From positions 146,382,001-146,446,000 of the forward strand of contig NC_042999.1 in assembly GCF_006345805.1 (NCBI RefSeq): DNA of 64,000 nucleotides. Direction: 5' to 3'. The position numbers and the translations under genes were made by a program. This document shows positions 38,601-51,597 of this stretch, piece after piece (position 1 is the first letter of the stretch; the number at the start of each line of letters is the position of its first letter). This DNA is from Octopus sinensis (Eukaryota). The notes below the pieces were generated by a model. That model was not told the origin of the DNA and did not search any database. It was given only the letters and a program-made list of their open reading frames with translations.

Positions 38601-39527
38601 CTTAAGAAGACCAACATCATGGGCCAGGCTACATCGGACATCCCAAACATACATATTGGAGACCACAGATTACAAGAGGTGGAGAAGTTTACCTATCTGG
38701 GCTCTACCGTCACCTACAACCTATCCCTTGACGCTGAGCTCAATATACGCATTGGCAAGGCAGCTGCTGCGATGGCCCAACTCTCCAAACGGGCTTGGGA
38801 CAACAATAAGCTGACCAAAACCACAAAAATGAAGATCTACCAGGCATGTGTACTCAGGACTCTACTGTATGGAAGCGAGACCTGGACGCTATACACACGC
38901 CAAGAGCGTCGCCTAAACAACTTTCACCTGCGCTGCCTCCGAAAAATCCTCCACATCAAATGGCAGAATCATATCCCCAACAAAAATGTCCCCAGGCAAG
39001 CAGGAATACCAAGCATGTTTGCACTCCTCACACAAAGACGTATGAGTTGGCTTGGGCATGTTAGCCGTATGAAAGATGGCAGAATCCCCAAGGACATACT
39101 CTACGGAGAGCTTGCTAGGGGTACTAGGTCTGTGGGTAGACCGATCCTACGTTACAAGGATGTTTGCAAAAGGGATATGAAGGCCTGCAACATCAACATT
39201 AGCGGTTGGGAGGCAGTCGCCGGCAACCGTGGAGAATGGCGACGTACAGTAAAAGAGGGTATACAGAGGAGTGACAGAAAGAGAGAGGAGAAATGGAAAG
39301 AAAGGAAGAGACATAAACAAGAGACCATGGCACTACAACCAGCCAGGAACAGTCTTCGCTACATTTGCAGTACCTGCCAGAAGGAGTGTTTGTCCAGGAT
39401 AGGACTACACAGCCACAGCAAGAAATGTAACAGGAAATAAAATATAACAGCCGGACTAGACCTAGAAAAAAAAAAAAAGAAAAAAAAAGCGCAACTCCAT
39501 TGTCTCCCGAGACAGAAAGGATGCCAA
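35630..39527 (+). mobile_element. Apparently full-length RTE-clade (BovB-like) LINE
   Basis: About 560-nt GC-richer 5' region, a long open frame, and a short 3' UTR with an A-rich run, a terminal hairpin TGTCT-CCCG-AGACA (39501-39514) and a GGATGCCAA end. TACTATTGT occurs at both 35621-35629 and 39528-39536 (candidate 9-bp TSD). Antisense to the mGluR gene. Confidence 0.88.
36192..39440 (+). CDS. RTE polyprotein: AP endonuclease + reverse transcriptase + C-terminal CX2CX12HX3C zinc finger
   Basis: APE motifs WNVRT, LQETR, GDFNA, DTDH. RT motifs YRGISLL, QCGFR, FIDLTKAFDSV, GVKQGCVLAPTLF, LFADD, YLG. C-terminus CSTCQKECLSRIGLHSHSKKC. No stop from 36153 to 39437; first ATG at 36303, so the true start is uncertain. 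Confidence 0.93.
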   Translation: MELRVRLEKRPATSAPGKQLKFKKTPVLQLASWNVRTMCPGISDDLLSIEDTRKTAIIDRELKRLNIDIAGLQETRPPSNGRLKEQDFTFFWQGRDPEEPRQHGVGFAVRNSLLSSIEPPSGGTERILSLRLSTSSGSVHLLSIYASTLYSSEETKDQFYKDLNCVLENIPTTENIYLLGDFNARVGSDHDSWPICVGHFGIGNMNDNGQRLLEFCTYHNLCITNTFFTNKPSHKASWRHPISHHWHQLDLIITRRSFLNSTLLTRSYHSADCDTDHSLIRSRVRILLKKVHRSKKVGRPRINTARTSDPTLRKCFAASIKVALSSCPTSSAESRWDYIREALYTTSLDTFGMRERQNPDWFNAGLSELEPVIEAKRAALVQYKSDSSTKSLEELRKARNKTQLTARRCANRYWQEICQSIQSAADRGDTRGMYAGLKKALGPSATKSAPLKSTTGDLIRDQGKQMDRWLEHYQDLYSRETTVAEAAVESVKILPVMCELDSPPSIAELTKAVDSLARNKAPAKDGIPSEIIKAGKNTILLRHLHELLCQCWEEGTVPQDMRDANIITLYKNKGDRGDCNNYRGISLLSTVGKTFARVILARLQLLASRIYPESQCGFRRSRSNIDMIFSIRQLQEKSREQKMPLYMAFIDLTKAFDSVSRTGLFLLLQKIGCPPKLLRIIKFFHGDMQGTIQHNGSTSAAFQIKNGVKQGCVLAPTLFGIFFSLLLSHAFQTSDDGVFLHSRSDGKLFNLSRLRAKTKIRNVLIKEMLFADDAALVTHTEEALQRLINCFEQACNDFGLAISLKKTNIMGQATSDIPNIHIGDHRLQEVEKFTYLGSTVTYNLSLDAELNIRIGKAAAAMAQLSKRAWDNNKLTKTTKMKIYQACVLRTLLYGSETWTLYTRQERRLNNFHLRCLRKILHIKWQNHIPNKNVPRQAGIPSMFALLTQRRMSWLGHVSRMKDGRIPKDILYGELARGTRSVGRPILRYKDVCKRDMKACNINISGWEAVAGNRGEWRRTVKEGIQRSDRKREEKWKERKRHKQETMALQPARNSLRYICSTCQKECLSRIGLHSHSKKCNRK

Positions 39528-39939
39528 TACTATTGTTATCACGTTTGTTGGCTCCTCGTAAGGGAAACGTTGTTGTGTTGCATTTGTTAAATAATTGTAA
39601 ACTGTAACTCTTCCCCCTTTGGAAAAAGGAGCTTTGGTTATTGTTTAAAAATTGAATTGTGTCCCTGTTTGGGGAAATTGACAATATTTTCACCGTTTAC
39701 ACGGAGGCATTTTTGTTAGAATGCCTTCGATAGAAGAAAGTCCAAAAATGAATTTCCCTGTAGCCATCGGCAGGCGCGAATTCATTAAAATTAAAATAGT
39801 AGAAATACAAAGCTATTTCGGATTGATCACCGACAAAGACGGTGAATCTACGATAACACCACCAAACGAAATAAAAAATTAAAAGTAAAGACCATTGTCT
39901 ATAAAGTATACAATGTAAAGAAAAAAAAAAGATTTGAAC

Positions 39940-40250
39940 ACATGGAGGAAAGCACCATCGAAAAGTGTCTAGGTGCGACTATAAAAGATATCTAACCAGA
40001 GGTGGTAAATTCACCACAATAGAAGCAAGGTTCGAGTCAACGGAGCGTGCAAGGGAGTACTCGACTCGAACCTTGCAAAGTGGAAATATTTTATTTTCAC
40101 CTTTATATCTGGGATGTAGGACGTCCCAGATAAAAATTAAAAATGTCCCCCCAGAAGTAGAGGTAGGCTGGATTGTAGCCTCACTTCTATACAAGAGGGA
40201 GGACAAGATACAATTGATCGAAATTGCAAGAGACGGGCCTACAATTTCAG
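39940..40250 (+). mobile_element. Fragment of a non-LTR ORF1 (gag/RRM-like) region
   Basis: MEESTIEKCL, then frameshifted YLTRGG...IKIKNVPPEVEVGWIVASLL, resembling an RRM-type LINE ORF1. Similarity judged from memory only. Confidence 0.45.
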
Positions 40251-40791
40251 TCTGTTATATATTTTGAGTATTGTTATCACTAGCGATATCAAGATATAAC
40301 TTTGTATTTTGTATTTTATGTGTAGATGTATGCATATAGATGTACATGTAATATGTACACTTATATATACACATATATACATGCACTAGCACTATGATCC
40401 GGCAACGACGGGTCATAATGCTAGTGTATATATAAAAATAAAAGAATATATAGCTTCCCGTCAATTTGTTATCAACAGAAACTGTGCATTGAGAGCTATT
40501 GTGTATATAAATAAATTTATAGCCATCAAATCTGCCGCCTAATGTTCGGAACTGCGAAGCACTGAAGAACGATTCACAAGAGCCTGCTTTGAATAAATAT
40601 AATTAAACTCCCCATATCACACACATACATAATTTCAGATATGCTTTCACACACTAACTCACATACACGCACGTACACTCACAAACGCTCGTAAATATAT
40701 CCACATACACACTCATATAAAAAAATCAATCTCAAGTACGTGTTTACAAATACTCCAACAAATTATCCCCCACACATACAGATATCTACGC

Positions 40792-40849
<58 letters not shown>

Positions 40850-41574
40850 ATATATACATGTATACATGTATATATACATAGATATATATGTATATATATA
40901 TACATAGATATATAAATATACATGTATACATACATACGCACACCTATACACACACTCACACACATATATATATATGTGCATATATATGCATATATACATA
41001 CATATGTATATACATACAAACATATATATGAATATATATACAAACATACAAACATATATATGCATATATATATGTATATATATATATATACATATATATA
41101 CATATGTATATATATGCATATATATGTTTGTATGTTTGTATATACATGTGTATGTATACATGCATATATACATATATATATATATATATGTGTGTGTGTG
41201 TTATGTGTGCGTGTATAGGTATGCGTATATATGTATACATGTATATTTATAAATAATACACATACACACACATATAATATATATATATATTTTTTGGTGT
41301 AAATGTTTATATTTCCAATAATGATATTGGATATATCTTAAAAATGGCTTTTTAAATGTCCATCTTTAGAACATTGCAACTTTTGCAAAATTACAACGTG
41401 ATAGTTTTACATTTGACCGAATATATAAACCGAACGTGAAGTGGCTTTCGCACAAGCTTGTATGGACACATTGTCGTTGATAATATAGCATTTCAGATCG
41501 ATAAATCTTCCTAGCTTAATTAAGTCTCTCTCAAAACGGTGATTTTAGATTTTTAGGAGTTCCATTTAAAACAA

Positions 41575-41918
<344 letters not shown>

Positions 41919-42714
41919 ATCACTATTAGCCAGAACGCTCTGATTTCAAACGTCTGATAAACAAGTTGAAGTCTTTCTAGTGCAAAATGATCTTTTGACG
42001 TCATCAGTTCGCCAACAAAGTTGTTCCCACTCTTTTAAGTTTTTACACAGAATGCTACTTTTAAATAATAGATTTTTTCGATATTTGCTACTGAACTGTA
42101 TACTTTTATTGCTTTCTATTTTGTCTTTATTATTAATTCTGTATTTTTATATTATTAGATTTTTTTTGTCATTTTCTTAAATAGCATTTGGATATCAAGT
42201 ATTCAATAAGTGAAATAAAGATAAAAAAGAAAGGAAAGTGAAAACAGACGATTACTAAGAATAAACAAAAGATAATACAGAAAAAAAAACAACTCTAAAG
42301 TGGAAGAAATTATTAGATAATGACAGAGTTATTTGAGAGAGAGACTGGGAAATCTTGTTTCTTTTTGTTATGAAAATTCGAAAACGTTTGAATACGTCTA
42401 GCTCACCACCTTATAAATCAGATACTTGGTTAGTTATTGCAGATGGCATCTCAGAATAATTTAACTTAATATTCTAAGCTTTAAATATAACTTCCCCCAT
42501 TTAACAGATAATTGTGTGCAGAGATGACGGGACACAACGATAAATGCTTAATTAATTTTCTTCTTATTTTGCGTCAACAACGATAAATTTGTATGTTTAC
42601 TCAGTGATAATATTACTAATACTTACATTCTATCTGAATTTCAGTTGAAGAGTTCCAGTAGAATGAAACATCTCCATAGTCTTTCTCCATACTTACAAGG
42701 GAAAACATTATATA

Positions 42715-42759
<45 letters not shown>

Positions 42760-42885
42760 CAAATAAAATCGAAAACAGAACACAAAGGAAGTTGCAGTAC
42801 ACGTGTTTCAAGCTTTATAAACGACCTATTCTTACAACAGTGTATAACAGATATAAAAGATGGTTTAAAGCTGTCTTTATAAAAG

Positions 42886-42961
<76 letters not shown>

Positions 42962-43163
42962 GGCAGTCGCCATGATAGATTGGTAGCCACTACACACATT
43001 TTTTTCTCTCCTTGTTTCTTTCTGTGTTCCTTTCTGTGGAAGAGCGTAGGCTCGAAAAGTAAAAGACTTTTTGAATTCCTGAGCGTTATACTGATACATC
43101 TGTTTGTTTTCTACACCACCTGTCTTCGTATTTTGATTTTTTCGTGAATTCTCCCTATATATA

Positions 43164-43296
<133 letters not shown>

Positions 43297-45520
43297 TTTA
43301 TGTGGCCTAAATTACCTTGGTTAATAAATATTCAGCGCATTATACATAGACTTTCAATCGGTTCACTTAATATTTGCTTGTGATTTGACGTAGGAGATGG
43401 TAGTCTTATTTATTTCCTAATATAAGTTAGAGAAAATGAAGTACGTTTGGTTTTTGGGTGTCATCGTAGAGCAATGACGCTGATGTAGGTGATAGTTTGA
43501 ACATTTGTAGGTCAAGGTTTGTGGGAAAAGGCTGGAGTCGAGATTTCCTAAAAGTAAAAGACCGAAAAAAGTGCTTAGTACGACGACTCACATGTGAGAC
43601 ACATTACTGGTATTTGGAAATGGTGAAATGTGTGAGTCGCATAGGCTGGAGAGAGTAGGCAGTTTATTAGTCCAGAAGTGAAGACTAGTTATGGTCGATA
43701 CAGTTTACAATAGAGCTATCTTTAAAATATTAAGCTACGTTTTTTAGGAACAATTATCTTTAAGCTTGGAAATGATTTGAACGATATGACATTCACCTCT
43801 AACCCAAAGGTCACTTCGGGCCCAAAGTGAAACAGACTAATATGGAAACAAATGTCTGTTGTAGACTCGTCAAAGGGATATTAAAGCTGCCGTCAACACA
43901 TTTCATATAGTTAATGACTAATATTATTTAAATTATTTTGGTATAAGCACAAAACAACTCCGGGCATGTTTCAGTATTATTTAGACTCCATTAGCGAAGC
44001 TATACACCACAACTTCAGAGGTAGTGTTGTAAGAACTATTAAATAAATGTACAAAACTTTCTATATTGGTTAGCGAAGAAAAATGGAAATGTTCAGAGAA
44101 TAAATAATTCAGAGACGCCATTAGTCTGTGTGAAAATGATAGCTAAGTTAGTATTGCCGGAAAAAGAGAAAATAATATTAATTATTGTCTTTCTCACTAT
44201 ACGATAATTTCTAGTTGGCTTTTTAATGTTTCCTACATTAAAAATCTTAGCGCTAATTTATCGGTTGTTTTTCATCCAAATGGCGTCTCGGAATGATAAT
44301 TCACTTAAAGGAGCTTAACTTGTACTGACTGACTATTATTCCTATCGTCAAAAATATTTAGTTCTATAATTTAGAGAAAATGGGAAGATAAGACGCTAAC
44401 TCTGTTTTCCAGGGCTCTAGTAGAGTAAGATAAATTAAATAGTTTTTAACTATTCCTGAAACTGCTTCGCGATAACGGCAGCATACTGAGAGCGTATTTC
44501 TTTCACTCTACTCTCTTGATATACGAACAGGGTTTCTAACTTAGGCAAGGGACACACGCTTTAGAAGCGCAAATGAGGAAACGCTGTATAATATTTCTAT
44601 TTGTTGTTACTTAGCTCAAGATATGTTCAGAACGAGTAGGCCTATAATAAAAGGTGCTCCCGCAGTAGCCATAGTATATTGTCCAAGTACAGTGTATCTG
44701 GGATGCATCCATCCTGGTTTCAGCACGGTTGGGCGTGATTTGAGAGAAATTTGTCAGTCAGTTATAAACATTTATGTGCATACACAAAGAAGCACACACG
44801 AACCCACATATACATGCATAAATAGATCATATGAATTCACATGCACATACACACACGTGTACACCCATATAAATCTTTCATATCATACTCCAACATAAGC
44901 ACACGTTTATGAACCCTGAAAGACAATCTCGAACAGGATAATCGTCGAAGTCTCCCAAGTCATCTGGCTTAGCTCAACCAGCTGGCGCTTATGTAATATT
45001 AACAGTGCAAAAGTTTAGACACAAAATCTAGTTTGAGGATACAGTCGTCCTTCCCTAGCACCAATCAAAGAGATGCTGTAGCCAGTGCACTTCCCAACTG
45101 ATTGAAAGGTTATACAAGTATTTAAGAGTTTGAAAAATATCAGGATATTGAAGAGACAATGCCGCATCATCATACATACACAAGTACTTTTGTACTATTC
45201 TTTGTTTTGTCTAAATCATTACATTTTATAATATTAATGTTTTAAAAAATTCAGTGGAACTAAAGAGATTTTGCAGACATCTTAGCAAATATTTGCTAAA
45301 ATATTTAAATTTGTTCGCTGGTCAATGTTTTCTTGTAATTGCATTGGTAATGGATACATATGTACTCTAATTTTTATACTGATGATACATCATTAACATT
45401 TTACAAACATAGAGTCGCCCTGGAATCATTTCTAAAATGTGTATGTGTATGTGTGTATGTATGTATTTATGTATGTATGTATGCATGTATTTATATATGT
45501 ATGTATGTATGTATGTATGT

Positions 45521-47030
45521 CATTATTCAGTTTTATTTCAAGATATCTTGCCAATAGAGAAAAGTCGGTTTGCAACCTAGATCTAAGGCTCCTTTAATGG
45601 AATTTCAACATCAACAACAGGCAAGTTTTGTTTGTATGCATGCATGGAGGCATATATATAGATGTTTTGTTTTATGTATCTATTCTCGTGCATATAGTTG
45701 CTTATCTAGATATACTCATATTTATTTAAATGATAAGCTCCTGGAAAGTTTTACAGATTTTTACAGTTCCAGTGTGAAAATCTGTAAAACTTTCTGTAGC
45801 CTTCGAATTAGCTTTCTTCTTTCTGATTATGAGAAGCCGGATTTCTCAAGATTGATATTCAGGCAGTGTGTTACATATCCCAGGGCCCCAATAATTACAG
45901 GTATAAACCTGAACTTGTCATATGGATAGAGTAACTGCAGATTTCTCAATAGTTCAACATCGGTGTTCTCTTTTTCACTGATCTTCAGCTTTATGTTAAC
46001 ATCTTTACGTTAATTTCCACATCTGGACACAGGTTTCTTTTCTCTATCCTTACTAACTACATAAGGTCTGTTGCGCTTACATTTTCTTGAGGTCTTCACT
46101 GGGACACTCCACCAGTACTCCTTTTTATTATGAGTGGTTATGGCTTTTACCATATTGTGGGTTCTTATTCATTTATGTTCGGGGTTATTCTTCCGACGAA
46201 TTTCCTTATAGAGTGTCCTAAGCTATAACGTCATGCCTCATCGGTAGATAATACCGTGATGGCATTTTCGGATAAATAACTGCTTATGATGTGGGTGATA
46301 TTTTCGGTGTGAACTCCACAGACTGCATTGGTTGTCACATTTCACTGATCTTCCTGCATCTCTATCCATTTTGCGCATCAGGTATTTGGTTGATATTTCC
46401 TGTTCCTGGATTGCAAACGCATACCCTTGAAAGTGACTCGGTAGTTAAAAGATGTTGCCGAATGAGTATGATACGACATTCAAAGGCATTTTGGATCAAT
46501 GGCAAACCTCTGCCGCCTTGTTTTCGTTTTAGGTATAGGCAGTGTCCGTCACTGTTGATGTGGAAATTTTGTATGCTTGAAAGTATTTTTCGGGCTTTTA
46601 AATCAATTGCTCGGATCTCATCAAGCAGCCCAAATACTGGTATGAGTACTGGCACTGCAAACACATTGTGGGCCACTGTTTTATTGAATGCAGAGAGTTC
46701 TGAGGTTCAAAGTTTCTTTATTGGGCTGTTATATTCTTTAGTAACATGTGTTTTGTTACAGGTGCCATTGTAAGATATATTTTCATCCACCCCTATATAC
46801 CTGTATCAGTCCTCGTCAAATATAGGGGAAACAATCAAGTCATTAATGCAGAAGTTACTAGTTTTGTTTACAGTTTACCCCCATTCCACAACTATATAAG
46901 AGCATTTATCCTGATCAAACTCCTACCCTACATTCTTTGAGAATATTGTAACTAGGTCAAGGCTCTTTTTCATTTCGTGCATATGTTTTGCATAAAGTTT
47001 CAAGTCATCCACAAAGAAAAAAAGGGGCAG
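45521..47030 (-). mobile_element. Decayed R4/Dong-type LINE (RT C-terminal half to RLE and 3' UTR)
   Basis: FVDDLKLYA near 47000; AVPVL...LYLKRKQGGRGL (46362-46676); RLE and 3' UTR match 203-955; ends at (TATG)n. Confidence 0.78.
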
Positions 47031-47427
47031 AAAAAAGGTGTTATAATTACCAATTCCATTCCCTATTGAAACTCTTAAACGTACCCTGGCACCTGGTTTC
47101 CTTTCTCCTAATTCTTCTCTCCAGATTCTTCATCTTCTCAATTCGTTACTCTTTCCTTTTACCCTCATATTTTGTATGCAAATAAACAATTATATCTATC
47201 CCATTTTTTTCAATACTACTCTCTTGTACATCTTTAGTTCTTCCCCTTCCCCATTATACCACTTAATACATCCTTCTCTTTTCTATCCTTTTTTCTCTCT
47301 ACCACTAATTTCTATCCCACTTCTTTATCCCCCACCTCTATATACATCTCAAGTTTCTTTAATAGCCGAATTACTGCTTTGATCATATTTATTGCAATAT
47401 TTCCATCAATTGCTTCATATTTTGAAG

Positions 47428-47492
<65 letters not shown>

Positions 47493-47549
47493 TATATGTG
47501 TGGTGTGTTTGTGCATGTGTGAGGGATAGTGCAGTAGGCTGGGATTCAA

Positions 47550-47790
47550 GAGCCCACAGTTCTTCAGGATCATTCCGAACTGTGAGACCTGTATGGTATG
47601 GATGTAGATGTTTTCAAAACTAAACTGAATCTCTTACTATCAAGAGTCTCAGATGAGCCAACGTTATACCAGGAAATTGGAATATGGGGAGCAGCCTTAA
47701 AAACCCACATAAAAAAATGCCAACTAATAAAGGAAGCTTAATGAAGGTGAAACAAAACCAATTGACAATGCCCTGGCATGGGAACAACCC
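47550..47790 (+). mobile_element. 3' fragment of a CR1/L2-type LINE
   Basis: DVFKTKLNLLLSRVSDEP resembles the FK..LD..L..VPDEP C-terminal motif. Confidence 0.5.
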
Positions 47791-47922
47791 TTGAGCTGAA
47801 GCTTCGAAGTCACTGTCGACAGCATTCACGAATAAGAATAATAAATGTGTACTCTACTAAAGTATAGAACAACCCAACAGATTCATGTAAAATTGCTTTT
47901 ATAACTGACATTATAACAAACA

Positions 47923-48067
47923 GGAGTGGCTGTGTGGTAAGTAGCTTGCTTACCAACCACACGGTTCCGGATTCAGTCCCACCTTGGGAACGTGTCTTCT
48001 ACTATAGCCTCGGGACGACCAAAGTCTTTTGAGTGGATTTGATAGACGGAGACTGAAAGAAGCTCGT

Positions 48068-48119
<52 letters not shown>

Positions 48120-48367
48120 CATCTATATGCGTGTGTGTGTGTGTATTTGCGTGTGGGTCTATATGTTTATGTGTCTATGTTTGTCCCCCACCATCGCTTG
48201 ACAACCGAAGCTGGTGTGTTTACGTCCTCGTAACTTAGCGGTTCGGCAAACGAACCAGTAGAATAAGTACTAGGCTTACAAAGAATAAGTCCTGGGGGCG
48301 ATTTGTTCGACTAAAGGCGGTGCTCTAGCACGGCCGCAGTGAAATTACTGAAACAAATAAAAGAATA
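47923..48367 (+). mobile_element. tRNA-derived SINE family A, near-complete copy with an internal (TA)n/(TG)n tract
   Basis: A-box-like TGGCTGTGTGGTAAG and B-box-like GGATTCAGTCCC. Related pieces at 20729-20900 (+), 21020-21172 (-) and 26665-27043 (-). Confidence 0.8.
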
Positions 48368-48370
48368 ACA

Positions 48371-48407
<37 letters not shown>

Positions 48408-48501
48408 CAACAATTGAGGGTAAAATTAATTAATTAATTAATCAATTTCACCAAGTATTCAGTATGCAAAGGGACCATTTAAGGCAAATTCAAATTATTA
48501 C

Positions 48502-48742
48502 ATTATATAAAAGGGCTTAGTAAAATAAATTACTTTGCCGCATACTGAACTCGTTAGAAATAGCAGCTAAAAAAAACTATTTCTAACACTTAAAGAAAAC
48601 CTCTCTCATATAGTGTTTGCTCAAGCAAACACTATATGAGAGAGGTTTTCTTTAAGTGTTAGAAATAGTTTTTTTAGCTGCTATTTCTAACGAGTTCAGT
48701 ATGCGGCAAAGTAATTTATTTTACTAAGCCCTTTTATATAAT
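48502..48742. repeat. Near-perfect palindrome, 120/119-bp arms, 2-nt loop
   Basis: 48502-48621 is the reverse complement of 48624-48742. The only difference I found is A8 versus T7. Confidence 0.95.
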
Positions 48743-49435
48743 ATATATATATATATATATATAAACACACTCACACGCGCGTAAGCACGTGTGCACGTAC
48801 CGCAGGTAGTATAAAAGCATAGACATGATATGGATATAAAATTATTTTGGTTTGTTGCTAAATAAAACTAAATTGATAAGGAAAACAGGAAATTTTTACG
48901 AAGCACCATTTCAGAACATGTATAACCCAACGTGAAGTGAATTATAAGCAGGTTATATTGTATGAGAAAAATAGCCAATACCTGAATTTGTATCAATGTA
49001 ACACCTGGTGACCCGGAAACTGATCTCAGTCGTCGTACATTCTTTCATATTGATATTTCAAAGCTGAATGTATGCTAACACCTTTGAATAGATTTGGTGA
49101 ATAGAAATATCGAGGCACAAATGCATCAATAGGAGTTGTTGGTAAACATTCAGTTTAAGACCGTTGGATTATTTCTTTTCATCTCTTATTTTCTCCCAAG
49201 ATTTATATATTAATATATTTTATAGAACAACTAGTTAACAATAACGTCCTTGGTTACAGGATTCCAAGCAAATCAATCCCTGATTCATTGGGGTTTTGGC
49301 AATAAGAATGAGAAGAACTTTCAAAGGACGTCGTTCGTAAAACAATTTTTTTGTTTTCTAGGCGATGTTTTTATCCAACGCAAATATAAAGGGTTTAAAC
49401 GTATACATACATACGTACATACATACATACATACA

Positions 49436-49466
<31 letters not shown>

Positions 49467-49702
49467 GGGCTTTCATTCAAACAGGATCCCCAAATCAGAA
49501 ATTATTCACAAATTTGTAGTCAACCCTAGGTTAGTGGGGAAATATTTGCTCATAGTGCTGCTCGTCATGATTGAAATGAGAGCCATGCATTTGCGAAACG
49601 AACTCATTGGCAACACATCTTTCCTTGCATCCACGTTAAAGATGTCAGGAACTACCAATTATCTATTGAAACTAATAAACACCTCACGGCATTATAACCG
49701 TA

Positions 49703-49916
49703 CAGTGATCCCCAGAATATCGCGGGTGCTACTTTCCAACGATAGGTGAAAATCCGCGAAGTAGAAGCAGTATTGTAATGTATATTTATTATTATTATTT
49801 CTATAGTTTGAATATATTTATTTTCTTATAAATGCAAAACAACACCACAGAGGAATCAACGTAAGCTTAAATAATAAACCGCGATAGGTGAACCGCGATA
49901 TGGCGAGGGATTACTG
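49703..49916. mobile_element. pogo/Tigger-like MITE
   Basis: TA-CAGTGATCCC...ATATCGCGG and CCGCGATAT...GGGATTACTG-TA imperfect TIRs. Confidence 0.75.
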
Positions 49917-50783
49917 TAGTGGGAAAAGAGGAGATTTGGTTGAATTGTTAGCAAGCTGGAGGAAATGCTGCTAAACTTCGAGTTTGCGTGAAGTGTTCGA
50001 ATTTCGCCGAGGTCGACAATACTTTCATCGTTTCAGAGTTGATTAAATAAGTACCAGTTGATTACAGGGATCATGTAATTAACTTTCTCCACACCCTGAT
50101 TTTTTACCTCATTCAAAAATTTGAAATTATTATTGCTGGAAAGGTACGGAATTAGAGAGACCGGGCTTTAGGATATTATTCCGGCGTTTACATTCTGGAT
50201 CTAAATCTTGCTGAAACCAACTTTGTTATCCCTCTGAGATCGATAAATAATATCAAGTATTGGAGTCGAAGGTATTAAAAAATGAAACTCCCCTTAAAAC
50301 TACTGGCTCTGTGATTAAATGAAAAGCAATTATCATTGTTGAAAAGATCCACGTAGAATCTTATACTTATAAGAAAATATTTCAATGATAGCTACCACAC
50401 GTTATTATTCAATAGTTAACAAAGGAAAATAAAAGAATTAGTGTACATTACCGATGTATCTTTAATACTCTTCTGTATAAAGAAAGTATACAATCAAATC
50501 ATATATTCTAAGTACTATATGAGGTGATAAAACATATCTAACGAGATACGACAGTGCGGAGGTGTTATTTAAATAGTCAAGCCAAAGCTATGATAATGCA
50601 AGATATCACTGCTACAAATAAAAGTAGGGGAGTACAAATAAACGCTTCTCTGATGTTTTCACACTTGATAATAGAGAACAGAAAGTGTAACATTGATTTA
50701 CTTGGCAGATACCTCAGAGAGTTCTAATATCCACCTAGACTATGGTACACGAAAGTGTGTAATAATAATAATGATAATAATAG

Positions 50784-50829
<46 letters not shown>

Positions 50830-50832
50830 AAA

Positions 50833-50951
<119 letters not shown>

Positions 50952-51315
50952 TGATGATAAGAGAACACCGTGGACATTTAATGAGAGAGGACACCGGGGA
51001 CGTTTAAGATACGAGAACGATAAAACAGTGTTCCGAAATCTATCCAAAAAAATCAGGAATGAAGACAACAAATGGAGCCTAAAATATCAGACAAAGTGTT
51101 AGACTATATCTAAATAAGTAGTACTCATTGAAATTTAATTCTATTTTCCGAATGAAACGATGTATTTTAACTGTGTATCAATTCCATCACTCGCACAACA
51201 CGTGCAAACACGCTCGTCACACTGACTAAGTTCTTGGCTATACCCGAGTAGGTAACATTCATTAAAAGTGTTGAACTATATCCTAGTAAGTAATACTCAT
51301 TAAAATTTACTTCTG

Positions 51316-51597
51316 GGATCTTTTCGGTTTGACCGACAGCTTTTAAAAAATAATTCCCACGTAACTAAACACTTTTAAACTTCGTATACTGGTAGAATGT
51401 GTTTATAAAACATCTTTTTCTCTTGGCTTTATTGAGAAAATTCTATAGTTTGTAAGATATTCGTTGTTGTTTTCTCTTCAATTTCTGCAATTTCAAACAA
51501 TCAACCCTAACCCTAACTCTAATCCTAACCCTAAAACAGATTGAAATGCAATAGATGACACCGCTCGAAAAAACTGCCGTTCAAACCGAAAAGATCC
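51316..51597. mobile_element. TIR non-autonomous element with internal telomere-like (CCCTAA)n
   Basis: TIRs GGATCTTTTCGGTTTGA.CG.CAG / CTGCCGTTCAAACCGAAAAGATCC. Five degenerate CCCTAA units at 51505-51534. Confidence 0.75.

Noticed and set aside
36146-39693. Antisense and alternative-frame ORFs overlapping the RTE element
   Set aside because: Expected shadow ORFs of a GC-richer coding region; no independent motifs.
51503-51534. Telomeric repeat as a chromosome-end or fusion scar
   Set aside because: Only five degenerate units, enclosed within a TIR element.
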